The notes below the pieces were generated by a model. The model did no database searches. It had not been told where the DNA came from and was given only the letters and a program-made list of their open reading frames with translations. Of a DNA stretch of 64,000 bases, positions 25,995 through 35,364 are shown piece after piece (the stretch's first letter is position 1; the number at the start of each line of letters is the position of its first letter). The stretch spans positions 6,465-70,464 of the forward strand of contig JAZULC010000021.1 in assembly GCA_045643605.1 (NCBI GenBank). Reading direction: 5' to 3'. The position numbers and the translations under genes are program-made. Source of the stretch: Alphaproteobacteria bacterium. Lineage in GTDB: Bacteria > Pseudomonadota > Alphaproteobacteria > RF32 > CAG-239.

Positions 25995-28900
25995 ATGAAA
26001 GTTAAATATGATATATCACAAGCAGGAAGTATGATGATAGAGGCACTTGCCATGTTGGGCCTTATTTCCATGGTTACGCCTGTTGTATATAAAAAGTCTG
26101 CAGATCGTATGGTTGAGCTGCAAGATATCAATGCTGCCAGTCAAATGAGAACATTAAGTCAAGCTTTGGATTCATATATCAAAGATCACTATAATGAAAT
26201 TACAGATGAACATAAATCAATTGACTGGGGCGAGTTAGCCAATTATTTGCCACAAGGAATTGTTGATAATGGTAATGTTTATGGCGCTCTGGGCGATAAA
26301 TATAGCGCTTTTGTAAAGTGTAGAAAATTTGGTGGCGGAGAGTGTGAAGAAGGGGATACGGGAGATGATCGTTCTCTTGTCGGATATATTGTCGCCAATG
26401 TAAGGGATAATGATAGTATCTCGGCACAAAGAGCTTCAAGAATTGCCACAATGATAGGTTCAAATGGTGGTGTTGTTGATGAACCAATCAACGGTGGTAA
26501 TTCTAAAATTTATGGTTCTCAAGGTGCATGGGAGATGGATTTGGATGCTGGTTTTAATGATCCTGTTGATGGGGCGGCGCCTGCCGTTAACAGTGTTGTT
26601 GTTGCTTCCGAAGCTGCTATTAATTCGGCTACAGAATGGGACGATAGTGAGTTTTTACACAGAAATTATAAGGCTGATAGACGCTTAAATGCAATGTACA
26701 CTGATTTGTATATGAATGATAAAGATGGTAATATGCATAATATAGAAGGTGTCGGACAGTTGATTATCGGTGAGGCCAATTCAGGTAGTAATTTTGGTGA
26801 AAGGCTTGGTAAAGAAGATGCTTTATATGTTGGTAATAATGGAAGTTCTTATTTAACAGGAAAACTTACAGCGGCATCTGAAGCGTTGAAAGTTTTGCCT
26901 GAAAGTTTAACATATCAAGTAAAAGGTACAAGCGGTTCAACAAATAACGGAATTTTCCAAATCAGTGATGGAGCTCTTGATTACAAAGTAGGTAGCCAAA
27001 ATTTGAATATCGGCAAAGATTCCGGACTTGTATATAATGACCAAAAAGGAAAAGAGTTTGTTTTGAATGGTGGTAAGTTATCTTATGATAATGATTTGAT
27101 AAAAGCAGATACTACAGATACAAGTGGTCGTTATGTCAGCTTTGTTGAAGATAAAGTGCATATCAATAAAGAGAAAACAAATGTCAATAATCAGTTGATT
27201 TCCGACAGCAAAGATTATATTGATGATGAAGGAAATTGGAGTACTGATGACGGGTATAAGGTACTCGGTAATACAACTTATTTTGATAATAGTAATACGT
27301 ATATACCAGGTTATACGCTATCTGATGGAAATCGTAGAAATATTAATGATGCGCAAACAGTTTTAACAGGTCTGACTATGGCCACTGCAATTGATACAGG
27401 GTATATGAAAGCCAGAGATTCTGAAATATCATTCTTGAGAGCAGGACGTTCTAGTCTGTCTGATAATAAAGTAGGTTGGAATTTTGAAGCAGAAGAAAGA
27501 GGCGTAAAAATTGGCGATAACAGAGATGCAAATGGACGCCCTAATAGTGAAGCAAGAATAATTGTTGCTTCTACAGGATTTATGAGATATGGTCATGATG
27601 GACGAGGTGATAGTGGTAGTGTAGATAAAGGATCTATCTTATTGGATGTTGGGCCTAACGGGGATAAAAATTATATAGAGTTAAATAAAAATGAAGGCCT
27701 GAGTACTTATATGAAGCATGGTAATAATACCTCTGTTGTAGAAGATGGTGATTATAAAGTACTGGTGAAGAAAAGTACAAGCAATAGTGAAAAAAATAAC
27801 ATCAAAATTATGGGTAATAATGCCGGTAGTATGGAATTTATAAATGGTTCTGCAAATGAAGAAAATGGTAGTGATACTGTTGATACAAATGGTCATATAA
27901 GTGATGATTATTCAGGAATATTTATTGCACCTGATAAAACTCCAGATGATAATGTAGCTGAAGCTGATGTAGATATTCATGCATCCGGGGATATGTATGT
28001 TCGTGCCGGAGTAGCAGAAACTCTAACAGATGAGGATATTGCTAATACTGCTAATGATGGCAAATTTAAATTTGCTAACGCAGGTGATATAGTATATGAT
28101 AAAAATATATATATTAAAGGTAATAATTTATTAGTTGATGATAGTACTAAAGGGGATAGTAAAGAAAATGCTTGGGTACATATTCGTAAAGGGGCAATAG
28201 AGGTCAATAGTGATTATAGTGAAAATGATAAGTCGGCTGATGAAGGCACCGGATATGTTAAAGCTGATCGCTTTGTAGTTGATAATAGTGATAATACAAG
28301 AAAGCCTAATGCGAGAACAGCGGTAGAATCAACGGAAACAGGAAGTGTGCAATATGACCATTATATGGTAGATCCTGCTTATACATCAGTTATGCATGAT
28401 ATTAAACTGACTACTCGCGGAGGTGCGCGTTTAAGTGATATTTTACCTGACTTCATAAATAAAGGTATTTATGTAGTAGATAACAGTAACTCTGAAGATT
28501 ATGTAAATAAAAGTAAGAAAGGTTCAAGTGAGTTTGCTTCGGCTTATTTAGGTAATGTTCCTGCTCCACAATGTCCTCCAGGATATGCAAAAGTTATTAC
28601 TTTAACACCAAGTGGTTGGCATATGGCACAAGTTGGTACTCTTACTAAATATACAAGTGGCGAAAATGATGATAAAGATAGATTATATCTTAATGAGCTG
28701 ACTAATTTTAAAGACACTAGCTCTACCCCTGGTTCACCTACTTATCAGCCAGTTCAAAATTATGCTGATGTTGTGACTGATATAGATGCTAGTGATCTTA
28801 GTGATGTAGCGAGCAAGGTTACAGACTTGGCACAATCAGTTGATAAGTTGTTCCAAAGCAGTACATGGATGAAAAGTGCAATTAGAGTGGCTAGTAGTGA

Positions 28901-29318
28901 CGATAGAATAGGTGAAGGACAGTTTTCTTATACAACAACAGATGACACTCCATGGGGTTGGGAAACTTATATGGGATTTATATATCCTGAAACAAAATGG
29001 AAAGAGCTATTTAAAGCTTCTGGCCTTGGTGGAGTAGAAGAAGCTGAGGGATATGATACAACTGTATATTGGAATTTATTCCCTGTTGATAAGTATTCAT
29101 TAGAAGGATATGCTACTGTATATTGCTATTTTGACCGTAAAGGTTTGATTGTAGGAAATAATTATTGGAATAATGAGTTGGTTGATACCACATATGATCA
29201 ATTTTCAAATCATAGAGACGTAACTCCTGGTGCAATTAAAGATGATGAAAATAATAGTAATGAAGCATATAGAAAGCGTCTGAATAATCCAAAGTTAAAA
29301 TATACTACCGAATGGTAA
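25995..29318 (+). CDS. giant (1107 aa) protein with a prepilin-type N-terminal leader and hydrophobic helix
   Basis: AGGAGG lies 6 nt before the ATG. The N-terminus MKVKYDISQAG|SMMIEALAMLGLISMVTPVVY fits a class III (prepilin) signal: short polar leader, Gly at -1, Glu at +5, then about 20 hydrophobic residues. The rest is a Gly/Asn/Asp/Ser-rich ORFan sequence. A strong terminator follows. Confidence 0.6.
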   Translation: MKVKYDISQAGSMMIEALAMLGLISMVTPVVYKKSADRMVELQDINAASQMRTLSQALDSYIKDHYNEITDEHKSIDWGELANYLPQGIVDNGNVYGALGDKYSAFVKCRKFGGGECEEGDTGDDRSLVGYIVANVRDNDSISAQRASRIATMIGSNGGVVDEPINGGNSKIYGSQGAWEMDLDAGFNDPVDGAAPAVNSVVVASEAAINSATEWDDSEFLHRNYKADRRLNAMYTDLYMNDKDGNMHNIEGVGQLIIGEANSGSNFGERLGKEDALYVGNNGSSYLTGKLTAASEALKVLPESLTYQVKGTSGSTNNGIFQISDGALDYKVGSQNLNIGKDSGLVYNDQKGKEFVLNGGKLSYDNDLIKADTTDTSGRYVSFVEDKVHINKEKTNVNNQLISDSKDYIDDEGNWSTDDGYKVLGNTTYFDNSNTYIPGYTLSDGNRRNINDAQTVLTGLTMATAIDTGYMKARDSEISFLRAGRSSLSDNKVGWNFEAEERGVKIGDNRDANGRPNSEARIIVASTGFMRYGHDGRGDSGSVDKGSILLDVGPNGDKNYIELNKNEGLSTYMKHGNNTSVVEDGDYKVLVKKSTSNSEKNNIKIMGNNAGSMEFINGSANEENGSDTVDTNGHISDDYSGIFIAPDKTPDDNVAEADVDIHASGDMYVRAGVAETLTDEDIANTANDGKFKFANAGDIVYDKNIYIKGNNLLVDDSTKGDSKENAWVHIRKGAIEVNSDYSENDKSADEGTGYVKADRFVVDNSDNTRKPNARTAVESTETGSVQYDHYMVDPAYTSVMHDIKLTTRGGARLSDILPDFINKGIYVVDNSNSEDYVNKSKKGSSEFASAYLGNVPAPQCPPGYAKVITLTPSGWHMAQVGTLTKYTSGENDDKDRLYLNELTNFKDTSSTPGSPTYQPVQNYADVVTDIDASDLSDVASKVTDLAQSVDKLFQSSTWMKSAIRVASSDDRIGEGQFSYTTTDDTPWGWETYMGFIYPETKWKELFKASGLGGVEEAEGYDTTVYWNLFPVDKYSLEGYATVYCYFDRKGLIVGNNYWNNELVDTTYDQFSNHRDVTPGAIKDDENNSNEAYRKRLNNPKLKYTTEW

Positions 29319-29320
29319 CA

Positions 29321-29358
29321 AAAGAACACCACCGAGAAATCGGTGGTGTTCTTTTTTT
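29321..29358 (+). terminator. rho-independent terminator
   Basis: 14-bp GC-containing stem AAAGAACACCACCG / CGGTGGTGTTCTTT, loop AGAAAT, followed by a T-run. Confidence 0.85.
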
Positions 29359-29394
29359 GCTTAATTTATAATATTATAAATATTGCTATCAAGG

Positions 29395-30765
29395 CTATTT
29401 TTTGTCAGCATAAGGATTTTCTGTTTTTCTAAAAGTAATCCTTATAGGAATGCCTCCTAAATTAAAAGTTTCCCTTAAACTGTTAACAAGGTATCTTGCG
29501 TAAGATTCCGGCAGTCCTTCAGAATTGCTTGAAAATACAAAAAATGCAGGAGGACGTGTTTTCGCTTGTGTTATATAACGCAATTTAATTCTGCGCCCGT
29601 TTTTGCCTAATGGTGGAGGATTATTACTAAGAATATCGGCAAACCAATTATTTAACGGCGCTGTAGGGATACGCTTGTTCCAACGATCATAAACCTTAAA
29701 TACTGCACTCATTAACTTGTCTAAACCTTCTTTTTTTAGGGCAGAAATTGTTACCGTAGGAATACCTTGTACTTGAGTTAATGAGGTTTGCAAACGATCA
29801 TTTAATCTTATCAATGCTTCTTTTCTGTTAGCAATATCCCACTTGTTAACAGCAATAACTAAAGCCCTACCTTCATCAATAACTTGTCTGGCAATGGTTA
29901 AATCCTGTTTATCTAAAACAGCATCTGAATCTAAAACAAGAATTACGACTTGGGCCATAAAAGCTGCATGTTTTGTACTTGCTACCGATAATTTTTCTAA
30001 ATCATTTTCTATTTTTGCATGACGACGAATTCCGGCAGTATCTGTTAAATGTATTTTTTTGCCTCTCCATTCCCATGGAATAGTGATTGCATCACGTGTT
30101 ATTCCGGCTTCAGACCCTGTTAACAAACGATTGTCATTTATCAAAGCATTTATAAGGGTTGACTTGCCGACATTAGGCCTGCCGACAATAGCTAATTGCA
30201 AAATCTGATTTTTATTATCATTTGCTGTATCTTCTGAACTTTCGTCGTTGCTATTTGTATTTTCATCTGTTTGTTTATCAAATGGCAACAATGCTTCGTA
30301 CAAATCCATAGTTCCGAGATTATGCTCCGCCGAAAAAGGAATAGGGGCTCCAAGCCCAAGTTTATATGCTTCATAAATAGAATTTTCTTGTTCTCTTCCT
30401 TCACACTTATTGGCTAATAAAATAACCGGTTTATGACTTTTGCGTACGAGTTCTGCAAAATGTTCATCATACGGTTGTATTCCGGCTCTGGCATCAAATA
30501 AAAACAAGCACACATCTGCATCATCTATAGCTATTTGTGTTTGTTTCCACATGCGCATTTCTAAATTATCTTGCGTGGAATATTCATATCCGGCAGTGTC
30601 TGTGATTTTTAATTCTAAATCTTTCAGTTTACCGACAGCTTCTTTTCTGTCTCTTGTTACTCCCGGAAGATCATGCACAATAGCTATTTTTCTACCGACA
30701 AGTTTGTTAAAAAGTGTTGATTTTCCAACATTAGGACGGCCTATGATTGCAATTTTTATAGTCAT
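29395..30765 (-). CDS. der: ribosome-associated GTPase Der (EngA)
   Basis: 456 aa. Two tandem GTPase domains (GRPNVGKSTLFN and GRPNVGKSTLIN; DTAG twice; NKCE/NKWD) and a KH-like C-terminus. Confidence 0.9.
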   Translation of the reverse strand: MTIKIAIIGRPNVGKSTLFNKLVGRKIAIVHDLPGVTRDRKEAVGKLKDLELKITDTAGYEYSTQDNLEMRMWKQTQIAIDDADVCLFLFDARAGIQPYDEHFAELVRKSHKPVILLANKCEGREQENSIYEAYKLGLGAPIPFSAEHNLGTMDLYEALLPFDKQTDENTNSNDESSEDTANDNKNQILQLAIVGRPNVGKSTLINALINDNRLLTGSEAGITRDAITIPWEWRGKKIHLTDTAGIRRHAKIENDLEKLSVASTKHAAFMAQVVILVLDSDAVLDKQDLTIARQVIDEGRALVIAVNKWDIANRKEALIRLNDRLQTSLTQVQGIPTVTISALKKEGLDKLMSAVFKVYDRWNKRIPTAPLNNWFADILSNNPPPLGKNGRRIKLRYITQAKTRPPAFFVFSSNSEGLPESYARYLVNSLRETFNLGGIPIRITFRKTENPYADKK

Positions 30766-32070
30766 TTATTTAGTCCGTTTATAAGTAAGCAATTTTGCTT
30801 TTGGTGTGCTTAAAATTAATGTTTCTTCTGCAATTATCGGAGATGAAGACAATTTTTCCGTAGATATGGTATCCTCAATTTCTCCGTTTTTAGCATTTAT
30901 CTTTACGATTTTTCCGTCTGAAAAAGACAACAACAAAGAATCATCAGTCAGCAAAGGTCTTAAAGCAACAGTATCTTTATCTTTTAATGAACTAATGTTT
31001 TTGCTCCAGATTATGTTTCCGTTTTTTTTGTTAAGAGCCATTAAAAAATCGTCATTTGATAAAACAAAAATATATGCTCCGCTCACAATCGGCTGATGTA
31101 TTCCGGAAATAGTTTTATTCCATAACTTTTTACCGGTAATAATATCTATGGCTAAAAATATTTTGCTGTTCCCAAGTGCATAAACAACATTTCCGTCAAT
31201 AACAGGATTAGCTTTTATGGCATTGATTGTAGATTGCGAAATATTGTGAGCATCAGATACTAACATATTACTCCAAAGAGGAGAACCGGTAGAGGCTTTA
31301 ATTGCTTGTAATTCTCCGTTAGAAAAGGCCACTATCAGAATATCATGTTCAGGACTGAATACCGGATTTGCTCCCCCTAACAAAGTTGTATCTTCTTGCA
31401 TAACTTCATATTGCCAAATACTTTTAAATGTATTTTTATCAAGAGCAAAAATGTGGTTATCAATAGTTTGTACAAATATATTATTTCCATAAACAACCGG
31501 AGCTGTTTTTATAGGAATTTGCGCAGAAAACGTAGCAATTTGTTGACCATTATTCACATCAATAGATGCGACATCACCATAATCTGTAGTCAAAAATAAT
31601 TTTTCTCCATCAGTGGCCAAGCCTGTGATTTTAGCAGATTTATTTTTGTGCTGAAAATGTGGTTTTTGTTCCCATAGCAAATCACCGTTAACCAGATTAA
31701 AAGCTGAAATATGTGTTTTTGCATCAGCGATATAAACAACTTTATTTGATACGATAGGTTCACTTATTTGTATATCTTTTTTGCCGATGGATGCACCATA
31801 ATCTTGTGTCCATAATAAGCTTATAGGAAATCCTAATGATAAATTACCATAGGAGTGTGAATAGTTTCCACCATTTTGTGACCAATGATGATTAACAGAT
31901 ATATTTCCTAAAGCTAATGTATTAGTAGTTGTAGATACTTCTGTATTTTTTATGTTTTGGTTTGGTAATACAGAAATACGAGTTCCTTGAGGTATGTCTT
32001 TTTGTGTACAAGCAACAAGACCACAGAACATGCAAAATACTAAACAGTACCTTATCTTATGGTTCAACAT
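30766..32070 (-). CDS. bamB: outer membrane protein assembly factor BamB-like (PQQ-type beta-propeller lipoprotein)
   Basis: 434 aa with lipobox GLVAC. Repeated blades are present (G..LW..., e.g. GDLLWEQ, KSIWQY, GSPLWSN, GKKLWNK, GNIIWSK). The conserved position between the yfgM-like gene and der supports the call. Confidence 0.75.
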   Translation of the reverse strand: MLNHKIRYCLVFCMFCGLVACTQKDIPQGTRISVLPNQNIKNTEVSTTTNTLALGNISVNHHWSQNGGNYSHSYGNLSLGFPISLLWTQDYGASIGKKDIQISEPIVSNKVVYIADAKTHISAFNLVNGDLLWEQKPHFQHKNKSAKITGLATDGEKLFLTTDYGDVASIDVNNGQQIATFSAQIPIKTAPVVYGNNIFVQTIDNHIFALDKNTFKSIWQYEVMQEDTTLLGGANPVFSPEHDILIVAFSNGELQAIKASTGSPLWSNMLVSDAHNISQSTINAIKANPVIDGNVVYALGNSKIFLAIDIITGKKLWNKTISGIHQPIVSGAYIFVLSNDDFLMALNKKNGNIIWSKNISSLKDKDTVALRPLLTDDSLLLSFSDGKIVKINAKNGEIEDTISTEKLSSSPIIAEETLILSTPKAKLLTYKRTK

Positions 32071-32090
32071 AAATTTCTCCTATAATCAAT

Positions 32091-32852
32091 TTATTTAATA
32101 TCTAAAACAGATATCATATCTTTAATTCTATTACGAAAATCATCAGATAAATCAGGTAAATCTAAAATTTCTGCATAAATATTTTTTGCAGATTCTAAAT
32201 CATGATCTCTTATTTTTGCCATAGCCAATAATTCTTTAGCATAAGGACCCCAATTTTTATCTTGTTGAATAGGTGAAAGCATTTTTTCCATTTCTTCTAT
32301 TGGTAAATCGTCAAAACGCAATGATACCAATTTTATTCTTGAAGCATTACGAAGAGTTTCATTAGCTTTTGTATTATCAATAAATTTGTTCAACAGAGCA
32401 AAAGCTTCTTCGGATTTATTTTGTTCTAAAAGAATATTCACTTCTTGTAAAGAAGCTAAATCACGATAAATTCCTTTACCTTCTTCTGCCATTTTTTTGA
32501 ACATAAGCAAACTGTCATCAAGCTGATTTGCTTGTATTTTTTGTGTGGTTGATAAATAATTTTCTGTTACAGCTTGATTTTGTTTTATTTTCCAAGCTCT
32601 GATATTTTCAAAGCTTACAGCCAAGGTAAGAGAAATTACAACTAAAAGTATTACATAAATACCATATTTATTCCAAAATACTTTAAGATTGTCATTTTTG
32701 ACATCTTCATCAACTTCTTTAATAAAAGATTCTGTAAATTCGTCAACAATACTATTTGTTTTTTTAGATTCAGCAACTTTTTTATTTACAGCTGTTTTCT
32801 TTTTAGTTTCTCTTGTCATGTTGTTCTCCATTATGTTATCAAAAATTATCAC
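32091..32852 (-). CDS. YfgM-like TPR membrane protein
   Basis: 253 aa. The charged N-terminus is followed by one TM helix (GIYVILLVVISLTLAV) and a helical-repeat periplasmic part. It lies upstream of bamB-der as in many Proteobacteria. The exact start is uncertain. Confidence 0.55.
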   Translation of the reverse strand: MIIFDNIMENNMTRETKKKTAVNKKVAESKKTNSIVDEFTESFIKEVDEDVKNDNLKVFWNKYGIYVILLVVISLTLAVSFENIRAWKIKQNQAVTENYLSTTQKIQANQLDDSLLMFKKMAEEGKGIYRDLASLQEVNILLEQNKSEEAFALLNKFIDNTKANETLRNASRIKLVSLRFDDLPIEEMEKMLSPIQQDKNWGPYAKELLAMAKIRDHDLESAKNIYAEILDLPDLSDDFRNRIKDMISVLDIK

Positions 32853-32896
32853 CTAATGCTAATATAAACGAATCATTATATATAGCAAACATTTTT

Positions 32897-34093
32897 TTAT
32901 TTAATTAGTTCACATATAATAAATTGTTTTAGCCAGCAAGAATCATTCATAGGTAATTTTTTGCCGAGTATTAGAGTATTTTCATCAGAAATAACGGCAA
33001 TATATGAACGACCGGATGCAGGATTATAAACAATTTCAACTTCTTCAATCTTATCTTTGCTTATTTTATTTACAAATACGGAATAAAATGAGTAATTATG
33101 AAACAAAATACATTCTTTATCAGTAATAATCAGTTTATCTTTTTTACAAACCAGTATTAAAGAAAAAAATACTATCATAAATCCGATAAAATATACTGAT
33201 AACAGTGCTGTTTTAGAAAAATATATAGATAGTAATTCGTGTTGCCTTATTGCATAAAACAAGCCGATTGAAAACAAGATTAAAAAAATTGAACAGATAA
33301 TATTATAAGCATCAAAAAATATATTATGAATTTTAATGATTGTATTTTCGTTTTCTTTTTCTACAGATATTGAATTTGGTTTTTGAGAATCTATACTTTT
33401 GCTGTAAGGAATTTTTTCTTTTAATGCCAACTCTTTTATAGATAAGTCCAAATCTTTATAACTTTTCTTAATTATACCGTTATTTGTATATATCAATACC
33501 GGAAGGTGCAATTTTTTCGCGTAACTTTCACAGATATTGCGAATATTTTTATTAGAAGTACTAATGTATAATGGTACAATTTTATTTTTGTCTTTATGTA
33601 CGAGTTCAATTATATATTTTGTACGATTAATTAAGCCATATTGTAAAAATTCTGTTCTAAAACTTATACCCTCATATAAATATATCGGTTCTGTAATTCT
33701 TATTTTTGAACCTAGAGCCGGACGAATTATGATACGTATAAAATCACCATCAAAATCGATTTTTTTATATCTTATGATTGCAAAAATCATTGAAATTAAC
33801 AGGCAAAAACCCATCATGAACAAAACAAAATCAAATAAATTCGGAGAAATATGCGGAATATAGTTACTCTGATTTTCTGTGAATTGAGCTACTTCAGAAG
33901 CAGAAAGACGAACGCCATTAATATATTCACATAATCCAAAAGCCATTAAAACGAAGGACAGTAAAACAAAAATTGTTGCAGAAAATACAGAATATCTGTC
34001 AACAGCATGAGAAGGTAATTTATCTATTTTTAGATTAAACTTATTACTAAAATGTTTTACATTAGAATCAATCATATTTTTCTCCAAGCACAT
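32897..34093 (-). CDS. hypothetical polytopic membrane protein
   Basis: 398 aa with two pairs of TM helices separated by soluble segments. No family was recognised. Confidence 0.4.
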   Translation of the reverse strand: MCLEKNMIDSNVKHFSNKFNLKIDKLPSHAVDRYSVFSATIFVLLSFVLMAFGLCEYINGVRLSASEVAQFTENQSNYIPHISPNLFDFVLFMMGFCLLISMIFAIIRYKKIDFDGDFIRIIIRPALGSKIRITEPIYLYEGISFRTEFLQYGLINRTKYIIELVHKDKNKIVPLYISTSNKNIRNICESYAKKLHLPVLIYTNNGIIKKSYKDLDLSIKELALKEKIPYSKSIDSQKPNSISVEKENENTIIKIHNIFFDAYNIICSIFLILFSIGLFYAIRQHELLSIYFSKTALLSVYFIGFMIVFFSLILVCKKDKLIITDKECILFHNYSFYSVFVNKISKDKIEEVEIVYNPASGRSYIAVISDENTLILGKKLPMNDSCWLKQFIICELIK

Positions 34094-34221
34094 ATTACAT
34101 ATATAATATACATTTTTTTTATATATTCATTTCTTTTTGCAAGAATATTAACATTTAATATATTTTAATAAAAGTAAAATATAATTATAACAAATTATAT
34201 AAATTTTGCCGGAGTGTAATA

Positions 34222-35358
34222 ATGGAATGTGATTATCAACAAGTATGTGGTGGTTGTGAATATCGTGATATGTTTGAAGAAAAGTATCAGATTTATAAAG
34301 AAAATACTGTAAAAAGTGTTTTGAAAAAAATTAAGCAAGATGATATTTCTTTTGGAGAAACTGTTTTTATTCATGACGGATTAAGACGCAGAACATCATT
34401 GTCATTTGAATTTTCAGAAGGCAATCTGGTTATCGGCTATAATCAAAAACGCACTAATAAAATCATAGATGTTTATAATTGTTGCTTGCTGACAAAAAGC
34501 ATAAATAATAATTTGTTAAATATAAGGGAATTGCTGGAAGCTGTATATAATGAGCCTTTTATCGTAAAAAACAAAAAGAAAATAGAAAGTTCATATTTGC
34601 AAAAAGGTAATGTTTACATTTGTGAAGCTGATAATGGTTTGGATGTTGTTTTAGAATTTGATAAAGAGCTTGCATTGCAACACCGCGTACAGATAGTTTC
34701 AAGTTGTATGAATTATAATGAAATAATTCGTGTCTCACACAGGCGTAAAGATGAAGATGTTCCCGAAGTTATTATGGAAAAAATAAAACCGGTTATAAAT
34801 ATTAAAGGTTTTACGGCTCAAATACCTGCAGGAGCATTTTTACAGGCATCTAAACAATCAGAAACGGCTTTAATTGATTTAGTCCTAAAATATGTAGGAA
34901 AAACATCAGGAAAATGTTTAGATTTGTTCTGCGGACTTGGTACTTTTTCTTATCCGTTATCTATGAATATTAAAAATAAAATTATTGCTGCAGATTCATC
35001 TGATGAGCTTTTGAAAGCATTTGAAAATTCAATAAATATGCAGATGATACCAAATATTAAAGTAGTACGCAAAAATTTATTCAAATATCCTTTTTCAGGT
35101 GATGAACTTAAAAATTGTGCAATCGTAGTTTTTGATCCTCCGAGATCAGGTGCTTTGGCGCAGGTTAAAGAAATTGCCAAACTTGATGAAAGTGAAAGAC
35201 CTGAAAAAATTATTGCCGTTTCTTGTAATCCTGAAACTTTTGTAAATGATGCTAATGTATTGATTGATGCAAATTATAAAATTTCTGAAATTACCATTGT
35301 GGATCAGTTTATATATTCTGCACATGCCGAATTGGTAGCACTTTTTGAGAAAAAATAA
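34222..35358 (+). CDS. RNA (uracil-5)-methyltransferase, RlmD/TrmA family
   Basis: 378 aa. N-terminal Cys cluster CDYQQVCGGCEY. SAM-methyltransferase motifs LDLFCGLGTFS, VFDPPRSGA and VSCNPETF. Confidence 0.75.
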   Translation: MECDYQQVCGGCEYRDMFEEKYQIYKENTVKSVLKKIKQDDISFGETVFIHDGLRRRTSLSFEFSEGNLVIGYNQKRTNKIIDVYNCCLLTKSINNNLLNIRELLEAVYNEPFIVKNKKKIESSYLQKGNVYICEADNGLDVVLEFDKELALQHRVQIVSSCMNYNEIIRVSHRRKDEDVPEVIMEKIKPVINIKGFTAQIPAGAFLQASKQSETALIDLVLKYVGKTSGKCLDLFCGLGTFSYPLSMNIKNKIIAADSSDELLKAFENSINMQMIPNIKVVRKNLFKYPFSGDELKNCAIVVFDPPRSGALAQVKEIAKLDESERPEKIIAVSCNPETFVNDANVLIDANYKISEITIVDQFIYSAHAELVALFEKK

Positions 35359-35364
35359 AAGGAG

